From the NCBI GenBank assembly GCA_000320545.1, contig ADNK01001386.1, forward strand, positions 124,001-188,000: a stretch of 64,000 nucleotides of DNA, given 5' to 3'. The position numbers and the translations under genes were made by a program. Within the stretch, counting starts at the first letter, position 1. Each line of letters begins with the position of its first letter. The notes under the pieces are model-generated. The model saw only the letters and a program-made list of their open reading frames with translations, was not told the DNA's origin and made no database searches. This document shows, in pieces, positions 12,523 through 25,189 of this stretch. Source of the DNA: Bigelowiella natans CCMP2755. Its lineage: Eukaryota; Protista; Cercozoa.

Positions 12523-12967
12523 AGACACACATAGAGATAGATAGATAGAGAGAGAGAGGGGGGGGGGGGGGTGGGAGATGTGGAGCCACTACGAAGAAGT
12601 AACCTTTTATCACGTCCGATGATAAGTCATTGAAAACTATGACAATGAGAAGATTTCTGAAAATAAGATGAGACTTTTGTTATGGGGCATCTTTGCCTCA
12701 TTGATTGATGATTTATCACCACAACTTCAGGTGGAAGATCTGGATACCTGCGCACTTCGTCAATTTTGGTGAGCTATCGACTTTTCATTCAAGAAGATGT
12801 TATTGGGATGAAATATTGACGACGACGAAAATGACGATTCCGTAAGCTGGAATCGATTATGAAATATATGTGCTACGACAAAGAAAGATGATCATTTGTC
12901 ACCTATTCTTCCCTGTATCATAGAGCTCATTTGTCCCTATTGCCCTTGGATGTGTGTGTGTGTGTGT

Positions 12968-13007
<40 letters not shown>

Positions 13008-13081
13008 TAACAGCAATTATGCCGCTGCACCTTCGTGTGCCCTTTATAAGCGTGGTATTCTCTCTCTTCTCTCTCTTCTCT

Positions 13082-13127
<46 letters not shown>

Positions 13128-13401
13128 CCTCCCTCCTCTCTCTGTCACACGCACACACACACATACTCACTCAATCGAACTGCACAAACTCTCAAATATG
13201 AGTCAATATCAACATGTTTAAGGAAAGAATGACATTCAGGTTTAGCATGCACTTTATACTTGTGCTAGCTTCATTTGAAATGAAGTGTAGCCGGTCTCGG
13301 CAAGTATAATCTTTGTTGTCGTTGCTTTCCATCTGGTGCAGGTTTCTTTCGGATATTGCGTCGTGTTGTCTGTAATGAGGGGTGCGAAGGAAAAGCATTA
13401 G
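10846..13401 (+). CDS. Mpv17/PMP22 family membrane protein
   Basis: About 10 small exons: MSKHINK|YPFRFACIFTSFKTCSADILVQKFMEGAE|NVNWRRSAVFSTFGFFYQGAFQ|YIVL...|AKYAALPIREKIKD...|QVGIANFIMDPFFCLPTYYITKE|...|YKENAQEDLITS|WKIWIPAHFVNF|AIMPLHLRVPFISV|VSFGYCVVLSVMRGAKEKH*. Confidence 0.88.
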
Positions 13402-13749
13402 ACAATTCAGTAGCCAACGAAAAATGATAAAATGATGACAATAGCACAGCATGGAGACATATGCAGCCACGGCAACATTTCGATTTCGATAACTTGACTA
13501 TACTTAGAGGACATATGCGACTACAATCGTCCTACACTCCAACAAAACAAACAAGTTGAAAATCAAAAAGAGATGGCCTTCTTCAAAACATCAAAAATCA
13601 CAAGAGAGAGGACAATACCTAGTCCTGGATAAATGAATAATCATTATCTGCTAGCATGCACCTCGAGCAAGCGCCTTATTGCCTGCTGCAGCCACGCCTG
13701 TATCATTGCAGCGCGCTTGAGACAGAAACGACACCGACGCGGTACTACA

Positions 13750-14270
13750 TGATGGCAAGACGACGGATGCATATAATGCATGCATGAATCAAATTAAATT
13801 TGTCCAATGGTCATCCTCATGTAGCTCTATAATAGACATGTATATCATATATATCATATTATAATATATCTTATACTCTGGAGCTGTTAGAGTCATAGCT
13901 GTGCAGTATACAGCTTGATGGTACGGTCCCTGGAGGAAAAATCTGAACGATCAAACTAAAAAACATTTCCAGGCGGTGCACAAACGTGTGTAGCACAATT
14001 AGACATACGTATATTAGCGTGTAGTTAGGTAGCCTCATTCATGCCCTATAGCACACACAGCAACATGCAATGACACACATGCACATACACAGCAAACACA
14101 CGCCATATATAGCTCATCATGCACCCGCTGCTTACGTGCTATAGTGCCACTACTGCCTTCATTCGCACGCTACGTGTGCTCGCTGCATGTGCATATGACA
14201 GCCAGCGCCGCACAGTGGCGACGACCAATTGTGATCGAGTCGGATGTAATTAAATGATTAATTAAATCTT
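13750..14270. other. Purine/pyrimidine-alternating convergent spacer (Mpv17 / GIDE-like)
   Basis: ATGCATGCATG, GTAGCT, ATATATCATATATATC and CACACATGCACATAC tracts; non-coding. Confidence 0.55.
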
Positions 14271-14412
14271 TTCAATGGTCATCTTTATGCACGATGCTGG
14301 TAATTGTATTACATTGCTTTCGCTCCCACATAAATCACTGATTGCACACTTTATGTAGTATATGGTGTGAGTGCATGCGTGGGTGCGTGCGTGTGCGTGT
14401 CTGTGTGTTGTG

Positions 14413-14443
<31 letters not shown>

Positions 14444-14470
14444 ATTGGTGTGTAATCAATGCTTGCACTG

Positions 14471-14777
14471 CTACTGTTGAGAATAAGCTGGAGGTTGGTC
14501 CGTGACGTAGTTCTGAGGAGGTTGCTGCTGCACGACTACACCTTCTTGTGGGATATACCCCGAAGCCACTACGACCGGCTGTACTTGCTGCGCCACATTC
14601 ATTTGCTTCGCGTCCACTGCCATTGGCGGCTTTGGAAGTTGTACTCCAACGGGGGCCACTTCCGTTGTTGCAATAGCAGCATCCGAATCAGAGATGAAGA
14701 TTGCTCCGCCACTGATGATGGACAAGAGGGGGAGATAGATGATTAGCCGGCTTATCGGTTCTCAAATAAATCACCAT

Positions 14778-14824
<47 letters not shown>

Positions 14825-15386
14825 ATATCTCTTCCTCATTCCTACAACTGCTCTTAACTACGTGCTAATACTCAGATACACGTGGTCAAGGGACATTACA
14901 ATGCTCCTTACTATATTTTTTCCTGGTTCTTACAAACCTCTTCACCATATCCTTGAAGATCTGAATCTGTCTTTTCTCGAGTCCCTGTCCTTGCAGCTGC
15001 GTCTATCATATCAAGAAGAAAAAATAAATGGAACTGAGATACATGAAACGTGTGACGCAGGCTGATATCTGCTGCTACTACCTCATCTGCAGTATTCTCA
15101 TAGCACGCGTTCAGTCGAAGAACATTTCCAGCTCCATTTTGGCAGTCACCGACGACCGCAATCTTTCTCTTGGAGTCGACGAAAGAGCAGGTATACCTAT
15201 AGGACCACCTCTCGTTTAACCGTCCATATCGTCCATTTGAAGGACTGTTTCTGTTTCCTCCCAAGGCCATGGCTACTGCGCCCACAACGTTTGCCACTGC
15301 AGCCATTCCTGATGGTCTATCCTTGCGAGGATAGCTTTTCACAAAAGCAGCAACCTGCATAAATGGTGGTGTGTGTGTATGTGTGT

Positions 15387-15430
<44 letters not shown>

Positions 15431-15469
15431 TTTTCACAAAAGCAGCAACCTGCATAAATGGTGGTGCGT

Positions 15470-15509
<40 letters not shown>

Positions 15510-16346
15510 ATGCGTGTGTGAGGTCTGCCTACTTCTCAGTAGCGTCAAATACTATTTCAATGTATCATACACCGCAACTGCATTAAATATACGTCTTCGT
15601 CTAATTGGAAATCATGATAGGAAAAAAAGGCACACCTGAGGGTTAAGCTGTCCGGCTGGCATGCCATTCCCACGAATATTATTCTTCGTATCAATTTTAG
15701 ACTGTTCCTGGCTTCGGCAGTCGACAATCTGAAGTGAAAAGTCAAAAATGTAGCTTAGAAATGGATCATATTGCTATGAATAATGTTGATACATGGGATA
15801 AGTCGGGTGCCACCTGCGGACGCTCAGGAGTACGTGCATGTGTTATGTTCGTGTTTTAGTATGCGAGTATAGACTTACGCAGAAGGCCGTGCCGTCAACA
15901 AGACGAAATTCAGTGCCCACTTCGGCAGTGTATATTGTCTTTGTCTCGCTTTTTTGGCGCCTTCGTCTATATGTATTTCCGTCCTATAAAGAGTCGATGT
16001 ATTAAGCCAGTTTGAGTTGTGGGGCAACGTTCAGTGTAACTTCGCCTACCTGGTCCCTATGCTCATACTCCTCTTCCCAGCTGCATTGTTCATATATTTT
16101 GATGCAATACCACACCACTGGATAACCGTTTACAGGGTGCAAAATGACTTGTCCCTCGAGATTGACAGGGTAGCTGAGAAAGATATTAATCAGATTTGGC
16201 ACGTACGGAGATACGTAGGGATGGGAGACTGACCCAATAGCCTTAGATACGCCCCCTGCTTCGAGTTTCGAGACTGGGTAGGCATTCAGTGCCTCCATTA
16301 TCTTAGCCACCTTGGCCCCTTCGCTCATACAGCAGATGCATCCCAT
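14471..16346 (-). CDS. GIDE (E3-ligase N-terminal)-like domain protein with an acylation-type N-terminus and C-terminal PPAY
   Basis: MGCICC start; [32 protein letters not shown] and [12 protein letters not shown]|IVDC resemble the GIDE-domain pattern (G.V, P.S..PCV.Y, F.L.DGTG...VD). Gln/Val/Pro-rich tail ends QPPAYSQQ*. Confidence 0.6.
15334..15466. repeat. 38-bp direct repeat (15334-15371 and 15429-15466) separated by a (TG)n tract; it duplicates a splice acceptor
   Basis: GCTTTTCACAAAAGCAGCAACCTGCATAAATGGTGGTG occurs twice, identical. Confidence 0.9.
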
Positions 16347-16941
16347 CGTGAATGGAGGGTGTGCACTCGAATAGTGGGTATTTGCAGTTTAAGCTCGGAA
16401 GAATAACGCCGTTTTTATCCAGAATACATCCTAATTTGATGTCGCCTCGCCCCTCGTATCATACATGTACGACCGCTGTGGGAGCGCTCACATTTTGGGA
16501 TATTCCTAGATCTACGGCGAGGCAAGAAACGGAAGCAAACGAGGCAAAAAAGGGATGGGATTTTGAGTAAAAATAGTACAAAAATCGAAATATGCAAACA
16601 AATACGGGTATGACATGCGGATGGTAACGACTGGCAACAGCCAGAGCTGCCAGGGGAATAGGAAGAAGAACGGCAGCTGTACACGACGCGTATTTGCATT
16701 GCTGCATTTTCATATTCACTTGTTCATCTGCTATCTAATCGCCAGTTCGCATAATTCCCCTCCCTGTGGGAGATTCTTGCGTTCGGTAGGACGTGCGACA
16801 TATCGAAGGCTTGGGGTGCTCCTCATTGCCTTCTTCCGGCCATCGAAGTAAACACTTGTTGTTCTCTACCAGACACCTTTTACATACTGCGCGAAACCTT
16901 GTCTGTGGAACACCAGATGCATCCTATTGCCTCAAGATAAG

Positions 16942-17641
16942 ATGGTATCGAAGTCCTCTCACACCCCTCAGTGGTCCTTCTGGACGGCACCGCTTCTGAT
17001 TGGAATTCTGAGCGTTGGAGCAGGCTATTTGGGATGGGGCTCCTTTTGGTTTCCGAGAGGGTCAAGTGGGCGAGCAGCGGAGCGATGTGGAATGGGGTCG
17101 AATGAACTAGAATTGAATGGGAGCTGGGACGAAAAGCAAGGCTTTGTGTCATGCTTGAGACCCACTTCCAAGCAATGTCAGAAAATGAAGACCAAACATC
17201 GGACGTATCAATATAAGTATGTGTGCCACAACAAGTCTTGCATCGAGCATGGCCATAGGATGAGGGATGGAGGGGACTTTTTGCCGCTCGGTGATCCCAA
17301 ATCCGACATCGCGACAAGCTATGAGGACTTCAAACAAGAGAATTGCGAAGAAGTCTACGAGCATATTACCGACGTCACGCACCTCCCCACGCCAATTCGG
17401 GAGTTTCAGTGCGATGAGGAAAATTTCAATGCTGCGGTGAAGTTAGTTCAACAAGGAATAAGGTATAGCAGACCACTTGTCCTTAAAGGATGTATGAAGG
17501 ACGTTCCAGCCATCAAGAAATGGATTGAGCCAGGGTAGTTTTATTCATCCTACTCTATAAGAATACAATCCATTCTATTGACGCTGTATTCCATTGTAAA
17601 TGTGCCACTCTGGGTGCGAGTGCATCTGCATGTGCGTGGTC

Positions 17642-17716
<75 letters not shown>

Positions 17717-18887
17717 AAATGTGAGTTTGTCGTGTTTGCTATAGTTTTTCACTAATAGAAGACTTTCGTCTCGTTCTTAGATATCTGGAAGGGCGGGATG
17801 AATTCTCAGCTTTATTCTCTGAGGACGTCAATGCAGCAGGGCAGCGCATTGTTCCCGAAGATCTACTCGGCGATTTACTGCCATCTGCAAACTCCTCGGA
17901 TCTGAGCACCCCCTTCACAGAATTCCTCCGGAAGTTTCGCCATAAGAACTATGTGTGGACCAGCAAGGGCGGCCGCCGTGCGCGCACACACTTCGGCACA
18001 TTTCCCAACCTCCATCTGATGGTCTCGGAGCAGAAGACATGGTGGATTGCCTCGCCCGCCTTTGCGAAACACCTATATATTGATTTCGTTGACGAGGAAT
18101 GCCCTGGCATGGTCTCGGGGTCCAAGAGCTTTGGTTGCGACGACTTTGGCTGCTACCAGTACATACCTTTCTGGGATCGGGAGGTGTGCATCTCTCGTTG
18201 GCCGCGTGTAAAAGACGTGCAATGGCAAACAACGGTGCTCTCCCCCGGCGATGTACTGCTCGTGCCAGCCTTTTGGTTCCACAATGTGTGGCATCATCCT
18301 GTGACGCGTAAGGGCAAGAACATCGCTGTGACCTTCATCCGCCAGCAAATGGTAGAAGTCGTAGTAATATATACGGTAGTTTGGTAGTTTTAGAGAAGAG
18401 AGAATAGTAGATGTGCTAGTTGGTGGTCAAAGTTATCTTTATTGCAATTTCATATAAATAAATAAATATATATATATATATATATATATAAACATATAAC
18501 ATAAATATTTATATATAACATTTCAAGGGCATACTAAAAAACAAAAATTATGGTACGTCGTAATTAAGTATGGTACACGTCGTATGTGCATCAGTTGCTG
18601 AAATGCTTTGGACATATCGTAGAACATGCCGGATTCCCGCTTTTCCGAAGATGTCATCAATTTTTATCGGTGAGAACCAAAGGATTCATTCATTCAGCCC
18701 AATCAGTAGCAGCGGATGACAAATAACAACTTTTCGTGAGTTGACGTTAATTTTTTCTTTTCCCTTCGTCAGAGATCACGTGGAGGGATCCGTTCGAATA
18801 TCGAAAGTAGATTCTATTGCATACGGAAGAGCCCCGGATAGGCGTAAACGCAGTGATCAAAGTCGGAATAATGACGGTTTAGACTGA
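16942..18887 (+). CDS. JmjC / cupin-like 2-oxoglutarate Fe(II) oxygenase with an N-terminal signal/anchor
   Basis: Hydrophobic N-terminus WSFWTAPLLIGILSVGAGYLGW; PLVLKGC..VPAIKKW; WTSKGGRRARTHFGTFPNLHLMVSEQKTWWIA; VLSPGDVLLVPAFWFHNV. The last two exons (18613-18887) are inferred from phase. Confidence 0.85.
17646..17714. repeat. (TA)n(TG)n compound microsatellite in a JmjC intron; representative of dozens of intronic (AG)n/(CA)n/(AGT)n/(CAT)n/(AAG)n tracts
   Basis: Directly visible. Similar tracts at 7345-7425, 12953-13004, 39890 region, 45585-45648 and 54366-54405. Confidence 0.95.
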
Positions 18888-19099
18888 AATTGTCCCCGGA
18901 TCATCGTGTCGCAGGGATTTGCAACTCCTGCGGGCAAATTTACACAATCGATCTTAATGTAGTCACTGCAGCAAGCGACGTAATTATTCCTAGTCTACTT
19001 TCAGTAGAGAGTAAAAAAATGCATTTTCATAGAATTGTATGTAAAACACCTCAGAAAAAAAGTTAGTCCTTCTTTCCAAAAGCAATAAAAATGAAACAA

Positions 19100-19950
19100 T
19101 AGCGCAAGCTCCTTGAACAACATAAACACGCCGCCAGCTAGCATAGCTAATGGCTAGTGTGACTTCGGCATCAGTCTATCAACTCATCCTAAGCATGTTT
19201 ATGCTAAGTATGTAAATGCCTAGTCCTCTGCGCACGTACGCCTTAGCGTTGATTGAACTGAGAGATGCATCATCCGCGCGGTACATATATCCCACATTAA
19301 CACAAGTCTAATAAAGAACAATATTATCAATGGAAGTACTGCTGGGCTTATTAGGGTATCAACGCTGCGATGCGGTGGGAATGCCATGAGTTTCCGGACG
19401 ACTGACTGCGTGGCGCCCGAATCATCTCTACAGCAGCTGCATGCATGTGACCTGCTTAAGATTGCATAGCTGCGCATTGAGCATGCATGCACGTACAAGC
19501 TGACGACGGTGCGCACTACATCGTGTAGCCGCAGTAGCTTATAGTTACATCTCACTGGTGTTGCGATTTGTGATCCGCAATATATTTCACTGATTCATTT
19601 GATGCGCAAATATACCAACAATGCTGCCTTAAGCTAGCTAGCTCGGCATGCCATGGACTGCTAGCAAACCTGAGGCACCGTTAGACTATGCAAGCCGCGA
19701 TACGATAGTCATTGAGCAGAATTTATTTATTATGTGCTAATGGCGCTAAAACACCTTGCATATTTACATATTGCTACAGGATTAAACCTTGCATCGTTTC
19801 CATAAGCGAATGAATCGAATGCATATATATAAAAATCTGGCTAACAATGATCGAGTTGCACCTCTCAAAGGTGTAACATTTATTTTTGTTCTTTACAACC
19901 TCATGCAGCGGTAGCAGCATATGAGTTTCGATATTTACATTTCCGGGTAC
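19100..19950. other. Purine/pyrimidine-alternating convergent spacer (JmjC / PPTC7)
   Basis: CAGCTAGCATAGCTA, GCATGCATGTGA, AAGCTAGCTAGCT and GCATGCATGCACGTAC; no protein-like frame. Confidence 0.6.
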
Positions 19951-20029
19951 AGATCAGCAAGCAAGCTTTTCCGTTCTAAATTTAATGAAGATCCTGAGGC
20001 TCAAATGAGTGAAACTAGCCCCCACTTAC

Positions 20030-20166
20030 TTACAATCTACTCCGCCTCTTGATAAATTGGCGATCTGCTTCTTTCCGATTTCCACTCTCCACGTCGTTGC
20101 ATGAGCCATGTATTTTTCCATGGTCGTCATCATCATCATCATTGTCGACTTGGCACCTACTACCAT

Positions 20167-20200
<34 letters not shown>

Positions 20201-22157
20201 GCTACTGCTACTGCTACTACTTCTACTTGATGATGGGAAAATATCATGGTCGTTGTCGCTGTTGAAATCGTCTTGCTCATCCACAAATGCTATCACAACT
20301 GAAGTGTCGTCTAACTTCCCACCGACAAATAAGTAGCCATCTCGTGCAGCCGCTACAGAGAAGGGCGATCGGATGGTGGCGCTTTGGCCCAGTTCCTGTG
20401 CAAAGAGGGCAAGGTTTCTTGCCGACTGCTGCGCACTCATCTCCTTTTTGCGACTCTGTTCAACTACGCTAATGATATCGTCATCAAACACATTGTCAAA
20501 TAGCCCATCCGTCCCCAGCACAACAGCATCCCCAGCTTGTAGCTCTAGCTCGTAGAGGTCGGCCATGGAAGGTGAGTCGTTGTCCTTACCGGATCCAATC
20601 TGGAATGGGAAGTTGAACGAGTGCTGCTGCGGGGGCGATTTTATCAACATTTTGCGGTCTCGGATGACTGCAAAGCCGCTGTCGCCGAGATTCACAGCGC
20701 GCATGCAGGAGCCATGGAATGAGGCCAAGCATACAGTGCAACTACCGGGGTCATTCGTCGCCTGGTGTGCACGGACTAGCACCTTGGGGCAACGGCACAA
20801 CCGCCACCAAATAAGAAGAAGAAGAAGAAGAAGAAGAAGAACAACAACAACAACAACAACACAGTTTTAGCTTCTACGACGACAAGCTACTCTGCAGTTT
20901 GGGTCGACTGACAGCAATTCCTTAATTTCAGGTTTTGTTTATTTTCGCAGCTGTATTTATCATTGATGATGCAAAACGAGGATGGTAATGTTTTTTACGT
21001 CAAAAGCAGTCATATCGTTTGACAAACTATTTCACATTTGTAACCATCTGTTGTTGTTTTATTTTTTTCTGTCTCCATTTTCTGTCTGTTCGTCAGCCTA
21101 CCTTCAACAACCCCGCTACCGAGGGGATCCAGAGGGGGGGGGCACTGCTCTCCTCCGCTATGGCGTCGGCATCTTCTTGTTCTTTGACCTTGTTTGTGAA
21201 GATGGTGGAATCACCGTTTTCACGGAAGAAACTTGAAACCTTTTGAGCATTGATCATAAGGCTGCGAGCGTAGAGACCTGCCGACGGGGATTGATTAGTG
21301 AGAATTGTTCTCGTAGGGGGTTATTTCATCATGAGCGGGCGCGTGTGATACGTGTGTGCAACGGGTTCTTGTGTCACGAAGATGGTAGGTTAAATAATGA
21401 ATAAGCATGGTATTTACGAGCACGAAGAATGTTCAAGATCTACCGGCATCAATGCCTTTCTCCGCCCAGCCCCCGACTCCATCAGCGACGCCAATCATCC
21501 CCGATTTAGTGCACACGAATGCTGCATCCTCTCCCTGTTCATCATAGTTGTAGGTTGAAGCAGTGAAGCCAAGGTCTACATTAGGGTAAGCAAACCGAAG
21601 TACGCACGCATGACATACCCCGTTCCTCTTATCTGGGTGCGGCAGGATAGAAACTCCGAAATCGAATCTATCGTATGTGGGGATAATCATGATCGAGTCT
21701 TTTGTTCAGTAGCTCCACAATAAGCGCGAGCGACATAACAAACCAAGTTGGCAGACCTAAGTTTCCGGTTTGGTTTCTCTTCAAATTTTCCAGACTTAGG
21801 TCCTCCATGCATAGCACGACGCTTAATGCGTGATACCCCCCCTCGTCGTCTACGAGGTGTCATCGCAGCAGCGGTGAAGCTGGTGGTGGTGCATCTATTT
21901 GCCCTGGTGGAGAGCAGTCTAGGTCGATGCCGCTGCGAGGCCATCCATCGGAGACACGAGTAAGATGAAGACGTCCTGTTGGTATATACCAAGCTTCTCA
22001 TTCGAGCAGGCCGAACAAACCACGAACAAGCGCCACAAAGTAAAAAGCGCTGGTTGTTATGAGACCTCCCCTTCCCCGCTCGAACACGCGCAAATTCACC
22101 AGCAGGTAAATACATATTCTTTCCAAACTTAAATCTCCGAATCGAAAAGAATTTCAC
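20030..22157 (-). CDS. PPTC7: PP2C-family phosphatase, PTC7/PPTC7 type, with a basic N-terminal extension
   Basis: ILPHPDK, GEDAAF, GVADGVGGWAEKGIDAG|LYARSLM, GSCTVC, NLGDSGF, QQHSFNFPFQIG, GTDGLFDN, GGKLDDTSVV. The 5' start is uncertain. Confidence 0.92.
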
Positions 22158-22983
22158 TCTGAAATGGATACAAGGAAGGTGTAGGGGAGGCGGGCTGCGA
22201 CCTCATTTCGTCTCCGTCTCCGTCTCCGTCGCCGCCACGAACCCCTGGAAATTGCAAATCATAAAAGTTGTTCGTCATCCCGGGGATTGAATAGATTATT
22301 TGCATTTTGGGACCCAATAATAGCTGAAATCAGGAGCTCAGGACAGATTTTAGATCAAATGCCAACTCTCAGGAAGGCAACGCAGCCGGCGCCACTGGAA
22401 ATAAAACGTCCTGTGAATGCCGTTCATTTTGTTGGAGAACAACGAGAAAGCCCTTGTTGAACTCAAAAAATTCCCAACATTTGATAACGCAAAAAATGAG
22501 ACAAAATCTGCGGTGCGACAACGATTATACAGTGAAGGATTAACAGGAGTACCGGTAGTTCCTAGGCTGAATTATTCTTAGGTCTTATCATCAGAAAATA
22601 GCATCATGTAACTACTGCAACCATGAGCGACTGTGCTTCCATCGGAACGATTTACCACCCGTTTTGCCTGTGATAAATCGGTTGGTTGCCCATGTCGCAG
22701 GAGGTTTATCTCCGGTGTTTTTCCTGACACGTGTCACGCAAGAGTTGGAACGGAAAACGTGTGCCTCAGAGACATCTTCCGAAAAGTGAGTGACGAGCTT
22801 GGAAGCATACGATCACAGGTCTACGTGTAGTAATGGCCCCTGCCAGTCAAAAAACGAGACTCGAGAGATTTCGTTGATGCACCTTTCCTTTGATTTTACT
22901 CGCTCATCTTGGTTCGGCGCAACGCTTTCCTCTTTCATCAACAGTCTACACTCTGATTCTAAGGCTCCTCCCTCGTACCATCG

Positions 22984-25171
22984 ATGCTATGCTTTGCTGC
23001 CTTCATCGTTATTCAAAGATGCTTCCTTGTTCAGTCGGCAGTGATTGGTGAGTTTGGGGTTGAAGCGGTTACACAGACATGGAAGTATGTTTCCTTCTCG
23101 CAGCCATTCACGAACCCTGTTGTCGTAGCCGGCGATCCTACGCTAAATAAAGCCGAAGTGGCAACTACAAACATCAAGCAGGTTGACACCAACGGTTTTT
23201 GGGTACGACTAGCGAAATCCCCAAGCCACGATGGTATTCATATAAGTGAAAATATCTACTACATTGTTGTCGAGTCCGGTACCAATTACGTGTCCGACGG
23301 CACCATGATCCAGGCTGGAACTTTCACAACCAACAATACGTATCCGGAAAACTTCCCGCCCTTTCAACCTTTCCCGATCGCTTTTACAGCGACGAATCCA
23401 ACAGTTTTAACGCAGCGAACGACCGCAGAACTGGATGATTGGATGGTTACTCGCCTCGTAACGGAGGGGAAACTCGGATTTCGAGCCGGGCTTCAGCATC
23501 ACGAGAGTACCAATAGTGGTCCGAAGCCTACCGAGACTATATCGTGGGTTGCCGTCGATACTAAAGCAGAATTTGGAAACGGTATGTTCGGCTCTGGAAG
23601 TAAATGCTGTCCCGCGTCACCATGCAATGGAAACACGGCATCTTACGGTGAGGAAAAATCTAGAAATAATGAGTTTGGTACTGCTGAAACTGACCGGGGA
23701 AGTGGATGGATTTGATGCTTACATCTATCTTTAACATTCTTAACACTTCCTTAACGACCCATTTGTAACTGATAGGTACACTCGCGTTCGGGGCGACTTT
23801 CAACTCATCCGTGCCAATCGTAAAGCTTGGTGGCGTGGCTTCCGCCATACCGGTCAATGCTCGCTTTCATAAATCTGATACAGGGTTAACGCACATATGC
23901 GGCATGGAGGATGTATCTGTAAACTCTGTTCAGAATCACCCTAGTAAGTCAAATAAGGATGTGCTTGCTTTTATGATGCGCCACTTTCCACAGCAAAGAC
24001 AGAGTTTAGTAATTACTAAAATGAGAATGATGATAATGGTGATGATAAAAATGAAAGTGGTGCTTTGACGGTTTTGATATGAAGCATAACCTTTCCTTTA
24101 ACAGACGAGGGCGTTGCATGGATCGTGCGTGCAGGGATTGGTACAATCGAAGGCCACTCCATCACAACATCCCCAACATCATCACCAACGGAAGAGCCGA
24201 TGCCAGCATGCCCGTATTCCACTCTCTTCATCTCACAGATCCAAGAGTCGGCAACAAATCACAGATACATCCAAGTGTACAATCCCACCTACCGTGCTGT
24301 GGACGTCAGTCGCTTCTCCTTTGCTGTATGCAACAACGGCTGCTCAGATCCAGACGCCTACGACTACACTATCCACTTTCAGAGCTCGTTTCCAAAATCA
24401 ATCCTGCTGCCTCGGCGGGTCTACACCATCTGTGACACTGGCTTCGCACCGACAACGCATGGGTGCAGCGAGTTCCAAAGTATGAGTTTCGATGGAATGG
24501 ATTACATTGCCCTCATGAATATTTCGCACTGGCAAAACGGGAGCGCTGCGAACGTCATCGATAGCATAGGAATCTTGACAGAGTCTGACCCTGGATCGGC
24601 TTTTACCGTGTGTGGCGTGCACGAAGAGGAGGTATTGAAACCTCGCTGCCAAGTCATCTACACAAAAACAATGACAATAAATACGCACTTCATCCTTTGC
24701 TCTCGATGTTGATAAGATATTTAGTCTTATTTTTGGTCGTATTTTCTTTTCCCACTGTACCGTCAGGGCGCAGGCATGGATCTGACCACAGGTCTACTTC
24801 AGCGCTCAAGCATTGTCTGCTGTGGAGCCACCAGTGACAACGCTGAATTCAACTCAACGTGGGATAAGAGCTATTGCTCATGGAATCAAAAGTACGATGA
24901 GTCCAACCTGACCATTAAAGCTTACACAGGTCCCACATCCTGCCCTCTGGATTTCGCCACAATAATGCATTTCAGTAGTGAAAAAGAGGAGCTTGCCGAA
25001 CAAGTATTTAGCGACAGCGATGGTTTTTGGAATGAAAATGTCTATCGATTGGGTTTAGGTAGCATAATTTTAGCATTGTTTTTAACCTTCATTATTAGCG
25101 TTGTGTATTACATCCTCATGAATAGCAAAAACTATAATAGACATGGAGGTAGCGCTATAACGATTTTATGA
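22984..25171 (+). CDS. Type-I membrane/surface protein: signal peptide, prokaryote-style H-lectin-like beta repeats, lamin-tail domain (LTD), C-terminal TM
   Basis: MLCFAAFIVIQRCFLVQSA leader; WKYVSFSQPFTNPVVVAG...GFWVRL...DGIHISENIYYIVVESG repeat; LFISQIQESATNHRYIQVYNPTYRAVDVSRF...SFDGMDYIAL...VIDSIG...DPG (LTD-like); TM LGLGSIILALFLTFIISVVYYIL. Four exons, phase-consistent. Confidence 0.7.
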
Positions 25172-25189
25172 AAGACTTAAATAAGAGCT

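Noticed and set aside
16352-16930. Several overlapping 70-95 aa ORFs between the GIDE-like and JmjC genes
   Set aside because: No motifs and no consistent splicing; the region fits a divergent promoter/UTR.
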